Source of the DNA: an uncultured archaeon
GTDB taxonomy: Archaea > Iainarchaeota > Iainarchaeia > Iainarchaeales > GCA-2688035
DNA length: 64,000 bases
Reading direction: 5' to 3'
NCBI GenBank assembly: GCA_964354805.1
Contig: CAYHBD010000009.1
Location: 64,001 to 128,000 of the forward strand
In this document: positions 48,860 through 58,174 of the stretch, one piece after another
How the letters are laid out: each line of letters starts with the position of its first letter
Position numbering within the stretch: the first letter of the stretch is position 1
Program-made: the position numbers and the translations under genes
Notes under the pieces: generated by a model
What the model was told of the DNA's origin: nothing
The model's input: the letters and a program-made list of their open reading frames with translations, nothing else
Database searches by the model: none

Positions 48860-49540
48860 TTACAGCTGCCTTTTCCCGATTTTTCTGAAAACCAAGTAAG
48901 AGTAAACAAATGTTGCTGCAAGCATCAGCAAAGCAAGCCCTATTACGAAAGCAAATGCCCAATCAGGCCAAGCAACAGAGAAAAGCATTACTATGCCGAA
49001 CACAATGAACAGCTTCCCGCCGAACACATGGGTCTTTGCCCAAACCTTGTCGCTTGCAAGAGCCCAGGGAGTCCTGATTCCGATAAAAAAGTTTCTTTTA
49101 AGGTGCGGCAGCAGCAACCCGATTGCAATGAAAAGCACTGCAATGGCTGGAGGAAAAACCTGCGCCATATTGAATTGAAAGCCAAAAGAGGGGGACAAGA
49201 TTATTGCAAAAAAGGCAATGAAGAACAACTGCAGCACCAGGCCAAAAGCCCAGTAGTGCTGTTCAAAAGCCTTCCAGTTTTCCTTAAATGGATCGATTTT
49301 TGGAAGAACAACCCACAAAAGCAGCATAACAGCCATTATCAGCGGGATTAGGAAAGCAGAAACCCAGTTCGGGCCCCAGCCATCAATCTGCCCAGCTGCA
49401 TTCCAGTGAATTGGAACAATTTCCGGCAGCATTGGAAGAACAACAAAAGCAGCCACAACAGCGGCAATCACAAGCAAAAAGCAAACTATTTCCAAAGCCA
49501 ATGTTCCCTTATTTTTCTTATGCATCTGAATTGAATACAA
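48860..49540 (-). CDS. SdpI/DUF1648 family membrane immunity protein
   Basis: VPIHWNAAGQIDGW, KRNFFIGIRTPW, WAKTH..GGK. Confidence 0.9.
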   Translation of the reverse strand: MYSIQMHKKNKGTLALEIVCFLLVIAAVVAAFVVLPMLPEIVPIHWNAAGQIDGWGPNWVSAFLIPLIMAVMLLLWVVLPKIDPFKENWKAFEQHYWAFGLVLQLFFIAFFAIILSPSFGFQFNMAQVFPPAIAVLFIAIGLLLPHLKRNFFIGIRTPWALASDKVWAKTHVFGGKLFIVFGIVMLFSVAWPDWAFAFVIGLALLMLAATFVYSYLVFRKIGKRQL

Positions 49541-49738
49541 CGGAAAGGAATAAAAAAAGAAGTAATGGAAAAAAAGCCTGCGTTTTCCTCATCGCACGGC
49601 ATTTCACAGTTTTAATTACTACGCTTGCCCGCACACTCCATCAATGCAAAAACCAGAAGCGCATTGAGTGTTATCAGTGCAGTGAGCATTTGCTTTCTTG
49701 AGGTCACAGACACCGCTCGCGCAACTATTTGGGCAGGA

Positions 49739-52700
49739 CTATGGTATTGGTCCAACACTGCTAAAATCAATTTGTTGGAATCCAATTCCTCCCTGCGAAA
49801 TGGGTTTTAATGCAGGAGAATTAGCAAGCAAAGTGAACTTGTCATTACTATAATCTTCAAACAAGGGGTCTGCAACTATTGGGTCTTGATCAAATCCTTT
49901 TTGTTTCCACTCCTCAAGATTCCAATTGGGGTTTGTACGATAGTTGGGATTATAATAAAGATTAAAATTTGAATAATCAATTGAATGAATCTCTTGTTTC
50001 GTTATAAGTTTTCCATCATTTTCGTAATAGACAATATTTCTTGTAAACCTGTTGCCAGAGGGCATTCTATTAGTAAATGGATCCACTATATCCTCCAAAT
50101 CCGGAGAACCCCCAGCATAATTTAACTGACTCAGGCCACCTTCAGCGAAAATATTGTTCTCAACAACATTATCAAAATTTCGAACAAGAAGCAAAGCGCC
50201 CCACGAGGCCCTATAAACTACATTATTTTTAACTTGGATATCCTTGCTGCCCATGTCCAAATAAATTCCGACGATTCCCCAATCAGTAAGGTGTTTATTG
50301 GTCTTAACTATATCGTGACAAATATTATTTCTGACTATTGTCCCTGGTTGTTTGCCCACAAGATAGATGGCTGCACCATCATTTAACTCTTGCATTACAT
50401 GATGAACCTCGTTATACTCAATTATATTATTGCTGACTAAAGTATCGTATGCATACCATCTCCATCCAACAGAAATTCCAGTGTAAGTAGTATCGTAAAC
50501 CAGATTATGCGAGATTTTATTGCCCCCGCTCATTAAAACCAATATCCCAGCACCCTCTTTATAGACCGCATTTGTGTTGTGAATCCTATTATTCGAAATC
50601 GTGTTATTCTTTGTTAAGTTTTCATTAACATCAATACCAACCTTAATGCCCCCAGCGCCTGTGTCAAATATATCATTTCCGATTATTTGAAGATTTTCAG
50701 AATAACTGTATAAAGCATAAGCGCCGGTATTTTTAATGACATTATTCTCAAACTTGCAATTTCTACAAAACTCAAAACTTACAGCAGCAGGAACTGGAAT
50801 ATTAAACCCTGTTTGTATACCATAATAACCATTCGCTGGAAGCCACCAATCAGAATCAGCAAAAGTAAGCCCTTTGAAATTTATGTTTTCGGCAAACGTA
50901 AGAACTAATCTAGTATCCACATCAAATCGCAGAGCCTTTCCTATCTTACCCTCAACAAATTGCTGTTTACCAACTAATGTAATATTCTTGAAATTTCCAG
51001 ATACGTCATTAAGACTGCCTTCAAAAGGAACGTGAAGGATTAAACCATTTGTTATATCCTTCGCATTAAACAACTCTTCTACCTCACTCTGGCTTAAGCT
51101 CCTGTTGAATATCCTCAATTCATCCATAGCCCCTACAAAACCATCACAATAAGGGGGTTTTCCAATTTCAGGAGAGTCAAGTTTCATATTGGGATAAAAA
51201 TCAATCGGCACTTCCCCTTCATATTCGCCATCAATATAACAAATAAATTTTTTACTTTCCTTATTCTCCCTGTCAAAAACACCAGTAATCAAATGCCATT
51301 GAGCATCACTGACAATAGTATTCCCACAAATAGTTTCTGTATATTTGCTGCCATCTCCAATTAAAAATTTTATTTTCCCTCTACTAAGCCCAAACCGATA
51401 GCCATTCCCAGCACCTGCATTACCCACTGTATACATCCTGATTGATGTAGAAGCAGTGTTAACCCAATGAGAAATAGTAAAAGAACCTGCCAAATTTAAA
51501 CCATTTTCTTCACCGTTAACCTTAACAAGTTGATTTAAAATAGGGGCAACAATTTCAGAACTATCTACTTTTTTTCCAGGCAAAGGCCAGTAATACAATT
51601 TTCCAGCATGCTTATCAAGATACCATTCACCAGGGCTATCGAGCCCTTCAAAAACATTTTCAACATAATACCTTCCTGTACTAGGGTTATAATCATAGTC
51701 ATACCCCCTGTCTATTGGCAGGCTGCCAACAAAATAAACCTTTTGCCCTTCCACCCTGGCTATCTTAAATCTTGACTCCTTCCATCTCCTATAAGAAATA
51801 ACCTCAACATCATTAAGATTTGTCCATTTAGCACTAATATCACTACCACTAAAATTAAATGCAGTAAGATTTGTGCCAGCATCTACACCATTAATATAGT
51901 AAAAGCCCTCGTCCGGCTCCCTTGCCCTCACAGCCCTTTTGCCATCCACAAAAAGAGAATTAAAATCACCATACTGGCCCAAAAAAGAAGAAACATCAGC
52001 AACATAAATTCCACCTTTATAGGGTTTCCAATCTAACTTTAATTTTTTCCCTCCAGAAATAACCACTTCTTCTCCAGGGTAAGCCTGGTAAGTAATTGGC
52101 TTATCAGAAGCCCCAGAGTCTTCAAAGGTAAGGTTAAATGTCTTATCCAATCGATAAACCCCTCCCCGAACATAAACATTTACCGGGGCATTAAACCTAT
52201 TTTGCTGCTTTAAACCCCTAACAGCATCCCTTGCTTTCTCCAAAGTCTTAAAAGGACTATCAATTGTCCCCAAACCGTTATCATTCCCAGACGCAGAAAC
52301 ATAATAACAAATTGTCCCAGGAACCGGGCAAGCTGGTGGTGAACAGTCGTTGTCCACAAAGTAGTTACAATCTGCTGGACAGCAACCGTCGCCATTTTGG
52401 CATCTGGTGATTGGCGTGTGGAGGCAAGCATTGTTTGTATCGCAAATGTCAACAGTGCACGCGTTTTGGTCATTGCACTGTGAGTCATTGTAGCATTCAA
52501 TTGGGTTTATGCATTCCCCCAGGCAGCATTGGGTTGTGCCTGTTGCAAGAACAACAGACCTCGAGCAAACCTTGTTGCTTGGGCAGAGTGTTCCCCCCAT
52601 TTCATCACATGTTTTGAGCACGCACCCGCCGCTGACACATTTCTTATTCGGGTCACAGGTCACGTTTTTGCAGGGGTCAGGAGTGCCCTCCTCACAGTCA

Positions 52701-53305
52701 CTTGGGCAGCATCTATCGCTATCAAATGCTGATATAAAATTACTCGGGCATGTTTCATTACTCGAGCATATCCTGCCACTTTGTGCAGCACATGTCAGCG
52801 TAGTGCAATCGCTGTCATTTAAGTGGCTGCAGTTACTTGGGCAACATCCATCACCTGAGTTGCAGTTGATTATCTGACTATGCGAGCACTTTTTTGGGGC
52901 ACCGCTGCAAACATCACTTGTGCAACTGGCCCCATCATCGCAGTCTGAATTTTTCTGGCACTCATCCAGCGTTACTGGCTTTTTGTAAACGCATAAAACT
53001 TCTGTTCCTTTTTCATCAAGCCATGCTTCAAGCTGGTTTTCATTCTTTTTAATCAAAAAATACAAATGGGGTTTCTCTTCGAACTGTCGACCGCATTTCT
53101 CCATAATTGTGTTTATTTGTGATTTTACCTGGCTTTTTTCCCAAAGACTGCTTGTAATTGCTGCGTCAGGATTTTCTGCAAGAAATTCCTTCACTCTTGA
53201 ATCAGCTTTAACTACATTAATTGGATCCTGCGGGCCAACGCACCCGCCCAAAGCAACTGCTACAAAAAACAAAACAAAAAGCAATATCACGCCTATTCTT
53301 TCCAT
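49739..53305 (-). CDS. Large secreted/lipoprotein: Cys-rich repeats + right-handed beta-helix (GH141-like) with LamG insert
   Basis: Signal ending LGGC; CDDG..CT.D.C and DGCCP repeats; YYVSASGND..GT...PFKTL, RGGVY, AYPGE, LDSPGEWY; LamG WHLITGV..MDELRIFNRSL. Confidence 0.85.
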   Translation of the reverse strand: MERIGVILLFVLFFVAVALGGCVGPQDPINVVKADSRVKEFLAENPDAAITSSLWEKSQVKSQINTIMEKCGRQFEEKPHLYFLIKKNENQLEAWLDEKGTEVLCVYKKPVTLDECQKNSDCDDGASCTSDVCSGAPKKCSHSQIINCNSGDGCCPSNCSHLNDSDCTTLTCAAQSGRICSSNETCPSNFISAFDSDRCCPSDCEEGTPDPCKNVTCDPNKKCVSGGCVLKTCDEMGGTLCPSNKVCSRSVVLATGTTQCCLGECINPIECYNDSQCNDQNACTVDICDTNNACLHTPITRCQNGDGCCPADCNYFVDNDCSPPACPVPGTICYYVSASGNDNGLGTIDSPFKTLEKARDAVRGLKQQNRFNAPVNVYVRGGVYRLDKTFNLTFEDSGASDKPITYQAYPGEEVVISGGKKLKLDWKPYKGGIYVADVSSFLGQYGDFNSLFVDGKRAVRAREPDEGFYYINGVDAGTNLTAFNFSGSDISAKWTNLNDVEVISYRRWKESRFKIARVEGQKVYFVGSLPIDRGYDYDYNPSTGRYYVENVFEGLDSPGEWYLDKHAGKLYYWPLPGKKVDSSEIVAPILNQLVKVNGEENGLNLAGSFTISHWVNTASTSIRMYTVGNAGAGNGYRFGLSRGKIKFLIGDGSKYTETICGNTIVSDAQWHLITGVFDRENKESKKFICYIDGEYEGEVPIDFYPNMKLDSPEIGKPPYCDGFVGAMDELRIFNRSLSQSEVEELFNAKDITNGLILHVPFEGSLNDVSGNFKNITLVGKQQFVEGKIGKALRFDVDTRLVLTFAENINFKGLTFADSDWWLPANGYYGIQTGFNIPVPAAVSFEFCRNCKFENNVIKNTGAYALYSYSENLQIIGNDIFDTGAGGIKVGIDVNENLTKNNTISNNRIHNTNAVYKEGAGILVLMSGGNKISHNLVYDTTYTGISVGWRWYAYDTLVSNNIIEYNEVHHVMQELNDGAAIYLVGKQPGTIVRNNICHDIVKTNKHLTDWGIVGIYLDMGSKDIQVKNNVVYRASWGALLLVRNFDNVVENNIFAEGGLSQLNYAGGSPDLEDIVDPFTNRMPSGNRFTRNIVYYENDGKLITKQEIHSIDYSNFNLYYNPNYRTNPNWNLEEWKQKGFDQDPIVADPLFEDYSNDKFTLLANSPALKPISQGGIGFQQIDFSSVGPIP

Positions 53306-53450
53306 CAATAAAAAATAGTAAACTTTGAAATATTTAAACAGGCAGGATGCCTGAATTTTGGGATAAAATTACTTAAACGCAAAAAACCTTCAAAAATCAA
53401 CTAATGGAATTTGCCTGCGGGAAGAAAAGCGAATAAACCAAGCGATTTTG

Positions 53451-53864
53451 TTAAAGCATTTTTTCAATTTCTTTTGTTGTTAGAACCTTTATTTCGTTTT
53501 GCTGCCTGAAGTGCTTGTCATCTGACCAGATTGGCTTGTTTCCAAGCTCTATTGAAAGGGCTATGAACGGAACATCGTCGGCATCAATTCCCTTCATTAT
53601 CCCAAGCGCTTTGTTGATTGATTTTTTTGATATTTCATTTTCTGACAAGACAGCTATTTTTGACAGGAGATGTTTCATTAAAAAGTTGAATTGCTGCTCG
53701 TTTATTCCAGCCTTCTTTTTTATCAGCGCTTTGTATTTTCCCACTTCTTTTAGCCCAAATTCCACGGTGTATAAAGAAAATTTTTTGCTCAGAATTATTC
53801 TCCTGCTTACGCTGTCTCTTATGAGCGCGGCGATAATTCTGTTCGTGTCCACAATCAGCTCCAT
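53451..53864 (-). CDS. PIN-domain (VapC-like) toxin
   Basis: IVDTNRIIAALI, DADDVPFIAL, IWSDDKHF. Confidence 0.88.
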   Translation of the reverse strand: MELIVDTNRIIAALIRDSVSRRIILSKKFSLYTVEFGLKEVGKYKALIKKKAGINEQQFNFLMKHLLSKIAVLSENEISKKSINKALGIMKGIDADDVPFIALSIELGNKPIWSDDKHFRQQNEIKVLTTKEIEKML

Positions 53865-54094
53865 GAGCCAAACCTTTTCTCAAAACGCCGCCTGATTTCT
53901 GCCTTGATACCGTGCCCTATTTCCTCGGCATCAGCCTCTGAAAGAGCGCTGTCCTTCAGGATTTTGTCCATAAACTCCAGCTCCCTGACCCTTTCCTCAA
54001 ATGTTTCCCTCGCAATGCTGCTCCACCTGATTTCATTATGCTTTGACATTCTTTTATGCAATTCATCCGGAATAGCCAGAGTCATATTAGCCAC
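53855..54094 (-). CDS. RHH-type antitoxin
   Basis: NMTLAIPDELHKRM...IRWSSIAR; overlaps PIN gene. Confidence 0.8.
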   Translation of the reverse strand: MANMTLAIPDELHKRMSKHNEIRWSSIARETFEERVRELEFMDKILKDSALSEADAEEIGHGIKAEIRRRFEKRFGSWS

Positions 54095-54326
54095 AAAAAA
54101 TCACCAAATAGATTATGTGAAAACACATATTTAAACATATGCCCGGCGGCCGGGGCAAAAAGAAATAAAAAAAGAATTAATGAGGCGGGAAAAATTTATT
54201 TAAATTCTTTTTCTTTCCCTTAAAAAGGGGGTTGAATATCTTTCTTTGATTTATAAATTAATTGACAAAAGAAATATAACTATTTAACACCCTTTTAAAT
54301 TATAACCAATTTTAACGGTTTTGCAT

Positions 54327-56711
54327 ATGGACCTTGATTTCCACAAAATAGAGCAAAAATGGCAGGCGCACTGGGAAAAGAATAAGATATACAAATTCAA
54401 CCCAAAAAGCAAGCAGCCTGTTTACAGCATAGACTCACCGCCGCCGACTGTTTCTGGGACAATGCACCTGGGGCACGCATTTGCATTCACCCAGCAGGAC
54501 TTCATTGCACGCTACAAAAAAATGCGCGGTTTCAACGTTTTCCACCCGTTCGGCTTTGATAACAACGGCCTGGCAACAGCGCTGATGGTTGAAAAAAAGC
54601 TTGGAATAAAACAGAAGAATTTCCAGAGAGACGAATTCATCAAAATCGTTCTGAAGGAAACAGCGGAAGAAGAGCGCAAGATGCTTGCAGCATTCAAAAG
54701 CATTGGATTAAGCGTTGACTGGAGCCTTTTATACAGGACAATTGATGAGCTTGCAAGGAAAACAGCGCAATACAGCTTCCTTGATTTGTTCAAGCAGGGC
54801 AGGCTTTACCAGAAAGACGCTCCAACAATGTGGTGCCCGAGCTGCGAGACAGCGGTAGCACAGGCAGAGCTTGAGGACAGGGAAATTGAAAGCACCTTCA
54901 ACGACATTGTTTTCAAAACAGAGCAGGGAAAAGAGGTAATAATTGCAACAACAAGGCCGGAATTGCTGCCTGCGTGTGTTGCTGTTTTCGTTCACCCAAG
55001 CGATGAAAGATTCAATCACTTGGTTGGAAAAAAATTAAAGGTGCCGTTGTTTGATTTGCTTGTTCCAGTGCTTGAGGACCAGAGAGCAGACCCTGAAAAA
55101 GGGACAGGAATTGTAATGTGCTGCACTTTCGGAGACCAGACAGACATGGAATGGTATCAGGCGCACAACCTGCCAATGAGGGTTGCAATAACAAAAGACG
55201 GCAGAATGAACGAACTCGCGGGAAAATTCAAAGGCATGACTCTTGTTGAAGCAAGGAAAGCGGTTATTGAGGATTTGCGCAAAGAAGGTCTGCTTAAAGC
55301 ACAAAAGCCGATAAAGCACGCTGTGAATGTTCATGAGAGATGCAAAACAGAAATGGAGATTCTGCCAAGCAAACAGTGGTTTATACACTACCTTGACTTG
55401 AAAGACGAGTACATAGTGAAAGCCGATGCATTGCAATGGGTTCCAAAATTCATGAAATCAAGGTATGACAACTGGATCAAGGGATTGCAGTGGGACTGGT
55501 GCATTTCAAGGCAGCGCTATTATGGTGTGCCGTTCCCGGTATGGTACTGCAAGAAATGCGGAGAGGTAATGCTGGCTGAAGAAAAGCAATTGCCTGTTGA
55601 TCCCCTAAAAGACAATCCCTTAAAGAAATGCAAGTGCGGAAGCGGCGAATTTGTTGGGGAGAAAGACACTCTTGACACATGGTTCATTTCATCGCTCACT
55701 CCGCAGATCAACTGCAAATGGGCCGAGGATTCCGCTTTCTTCAAAAAAATGTTCCCAATGGATTTGAGGCCGCAGGGACATGACATTATTGCATTGTGGG
55801 CGTTCAACACAATTGTCAAAGCATTGTTCCACCAGCAGCAGCTGCCCTGGAAAACAATTACAATAAACGGCTGGGCGCTTGATTCCAAAGGAAAAAAGAT
55901 GTCAAAGAGCCTGGGCAATGTAATAAAGCCAGAGGAAATGATCCAGAAATACTGCGCTGACGCACTGCGCTACTGGGCAGGCCTGCCTGTATTGGGAGAG
56001 GACGTTCCATTCATGGAAAAGGAAATGGTTGCGGGAAAAAAGTTTTTGGTGAAACTGCACAATGCCGCAATGTTTGTTGCAAACTCAACAAAAGGCGTGA
56101 AAATCGGGAAAATCAATAAAAAGGAATTAATGCCTGAGGACAAAGCGATTTTGAGCAAGCTGAACAGGCTGATAAAAGAATGCACTGATGCCTGTGAAAG
56201 GTTTGAGTTCAGCAAGGCACTGAATCCAGCAAGGAATTTCTTCTGGCTGCAGTTCGCTGACTTTTACATTGAGGAAGTTAAAACAAGGGTTTACAACAAA
56301 AAAGACAAAAGCGGGAAAATAGCTGCAGCCATATTGCAGGAAGCAATTTGGGATTGCCTGCTTTTGCTTGCGCCATTTTTGCCGCACACAACGGAGGAAA
56401 TAGCGCAGACAATGTTCAAGCACAAGCTGAAAGAGGAAAGCATTCATTTGCTACAATGGCCCTCGGCAGATGAAAAAATGATTGATGAAAAAGCAGAGCA
56501 AACAGGCGAACTGATTAATGAGGTCATTGCAGCAATGAGGAAAGAGAAAAGCAAAGCGCAAAAGCCGATGAATGCGGAAGTGCAAAAAGCAATTGTTTCA
56601 TTGGCTGAACCGGAAAAGCTAAAGGAAGGGCTTGACACTATTAAAAGGACAATGAACCTAAAGGAAATTGAATTAAAGAAAGGCGAGTTGGCAGTTGAAT
56701 TGGAATTCTGA
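54327..56711 (+). CDS. valS: Valyl-tRNA synthetase (archaeal type)
   Basis: PPPTVSG.MHLGH, TTRPEL, DWCISRQR, RPQGHDII, KMSKS. Confidence 0.96.
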   Translation: MDLDFHKIEQKWQAHWEKNKIYKFNPKSKQPVYSIDSPPPTVSGTMHLGHAFAFTQQDFIARYKKMRGFNVFHPFGFDNNGLATALMVEKKLGIKQKNFQRDEFIKIVLKETAEEERKMLAAFKSIGLSVDWSLLYRTIDELARKTAQYSFLDLFKQGRLYQKDAPTMWCPSCETAVAQAELEDREIESTFNDIVFKTEQGKEVIIATTRPELLPACVAVFVHPSDERFNHLVGKKLKVPLFDLLVPVLEDQRADPEKGTGIVMCCTFGDQTDMEWYQAHNLPMRVAITKDGRMNELAGKFKGMTLVEARKAVIEDLRKEGLLKAQKPIKHAVNVHERCKTEMEILPSKQWFIHYLDLKDEYIVKADALQWVPKFMKSRYDNWIKGLQWDWCISRQRYYGVPFPVWYCKKCGEVMLAEEKQLPVDPLKDNPLKKCKCGSGEFVGEKDTLDTWFISSLTPQINCKWAEDSAFFKKMFPMDLRPQGHDIIALWAFNTIVKALFHQQQLPWKTITINGWALDSKGKKMSKSLGNVIKPEEMIQKYCADALRYWAGLPVLGEDVPFMEKEMVAGKKFLVKLHNAAMFVANSTKGVKIGKINKKELMPEDKAILSKLNRLIKECTDACERFEFSKALNPARNFFWLQFADFYIEEVKTRVYNKKDKSGKIAAAILQEAIWDCLLLLAPFLPHTTEEIAQTMFKHKLKEESIHLLQWPSADEKMIDEKAEQTGELINEVIAAMRKEKSKAQKPMNAEVQKAIVSLAEPEKLKEGLDTIKRTMNLKEIELKKGELAVELEF

Positions 56712-56854
56712 AAAAAATTGAAGAAAGAAAAGGCGAGCTTGCGGTTGAAATGCAATTCTGAGGGATAGTGGCAAAAAAATCAAAAATACCACTTATTTAA
56801 AGGTTTCTACTTTTATCGAAACATTTATATATAAATTGTGCAGCATATTGTATT

Positions 56855-57445
56855 ATGCGGAAGGCAGAGTTTGTTTTCAGGGAATTGCTTTTTCAGGTGC
56901 TTGAAAAAAGGGCGTATTCCTTTACCCAAAAGGATTTAAGCAGCAGGCTGAATATCAGCCTGAGCAATGTAAACCATGCCTTGCTCAGGCTGAGGGCAAT
57001 GAACGCAGTCAAAGTAAAGCCAATGGGCTGCTCTGTTGTGAATGCAAAGAAGATCCTGTTCCACTGGGCTTGCAGCAGGAACCTGCAAAAGGACATTGTG
57101 TACAGCACAAGGGCTGAAATGCCTGTCAGGGAGATTGAGAAAAACATGCCTGCTGATGCAATTTTCACTGCTTACAGCGGATTCAAATTCAAATTCAATG
57201 ATGCGCCTGCTGACTACAGCGAGGTGTATGTTTACGCTGCTGACTTGGATGAAATGCGCAAAAGGTTTCCGCATTCGGCGAAGCAGCCAAACCTTTTCGT
57301 ATTGCAGTGCGATGCAATAATGCAAAGGCATGGAAACATTGCCCCAACAGGACAGTTATTCGCTGACTTGTGGAATTTGCCTGAATGGTATGCGCGAGAC
57401 TTCCTTAAAGCGCTGGAGGCGAAAATCGATGCCCTACTGGAATGA
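56855..57445 (+). CDS. HTH protein, type IV TA antitoxin (AbiEi-like)
   Basis: FTQKDLS..ISLSNVNHAL HTH; YSEVYVY; QLFADLW. Confidence 0.7.
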   Translation: MRKAEFVFRELLFQVLEKRAYSFTQKDLSSRLNISLSNVNHALLRLRAMNAVKVKPMGCSVVNAKKILFHWACSRNLQKDIVYSTRAEMPVREIEKNMPADAIFTAYSGFKFKFNDAPADYSEVYVYAADLDEMRKRFPHSAKQPNLFVLQCDAIMQRHGNIAPTGQLFADLWNLPEWYARDFLKALEAKIDALLE

Positions 57446-58049
57446 ACTGGTAACTGAAAAAAGCTGGCGAAAACTGGCGGAACTGCGCCAGCAAAAAATA
57501 CGGTTTGTTTTAATCGGAGGCTGGGCGGCATGGCTTTACACAAAATCGCTAAAAAGCAAAGACATTGACATAATTGTGGGCTTTTCTGAATTAAGCAAGC
57601 TGCGCCAATTGTTTGATTTGACCAAAAATGATAGGCTGAAAAAATACCAGTTCGTTTTGGACGAAATTGACGTTGACGTTTATGTTGAACACTTTTCACT
57701 ACTGGCAATTCCAGTGGAAGAGGCCATGAAAGAAATAACACAAATAGAGGGCTTTACAGTAGTAAAGCCAGAAATGCTGTTGATTCTGAAGCAGGGCGCG
57801 GAAGAAGCAAGGCAAAAAAGCGAAAAGGGCCTGAAGGACAGAATCGACATAATTGAACTGCTGCTGAAAGCAGGCATAAACTTTTCAGAATACAACAAAA
57901 CACTGCAAAGGCACGGCATTGAACACTTCAGGCAGAGGCTGATTGAAATACTGCAAAACTTCAGTGAAACAAAATACCTGAACCTCAACCCAAGGGAATT
58001 CAAAAAAAAGAAGCAACAACTGCTGCGTGAAATAAAAGAAACCAAATAA
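57429..58049 (+). CDS. Nucleotidyltransferase-like protein (AbiEii-like toxin)
   Basis: LIGGWA, SKDIDII, LLILK, KDRIDI; overlaps upstream HTH gene. Confidence 0.75.
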   Translation: MPYWNELVTEKSWRKLAELRQQKIRFVLIGGWAAWLYTKSLKSKDIDIIVGFSELSKLRQLFDLTKNDRLKKYQFVLDEIDVDVYVEHFSLLAIPVEEAMKEITQIEGFTVVKPEMLLILKQGAEEARQKSEKGLKDRIDIIELLLKAGINFSEYNKTLQRHGIEHFRQRLIEILQNFSETKYLNLNPREFKKKKQQLLREIKETK

Positions 58050-58174
58050 TTGCAGGACAGCTGGGTCAAATTTTTTAACGGCAGTAAAGCCCAAACAGAA
58101 AAAAACAAATTCAGGCTCAAATTTAAAACAATTAAATTTTTATTAAAGAAAGCGCTTTATTTAACTGGATAAAA

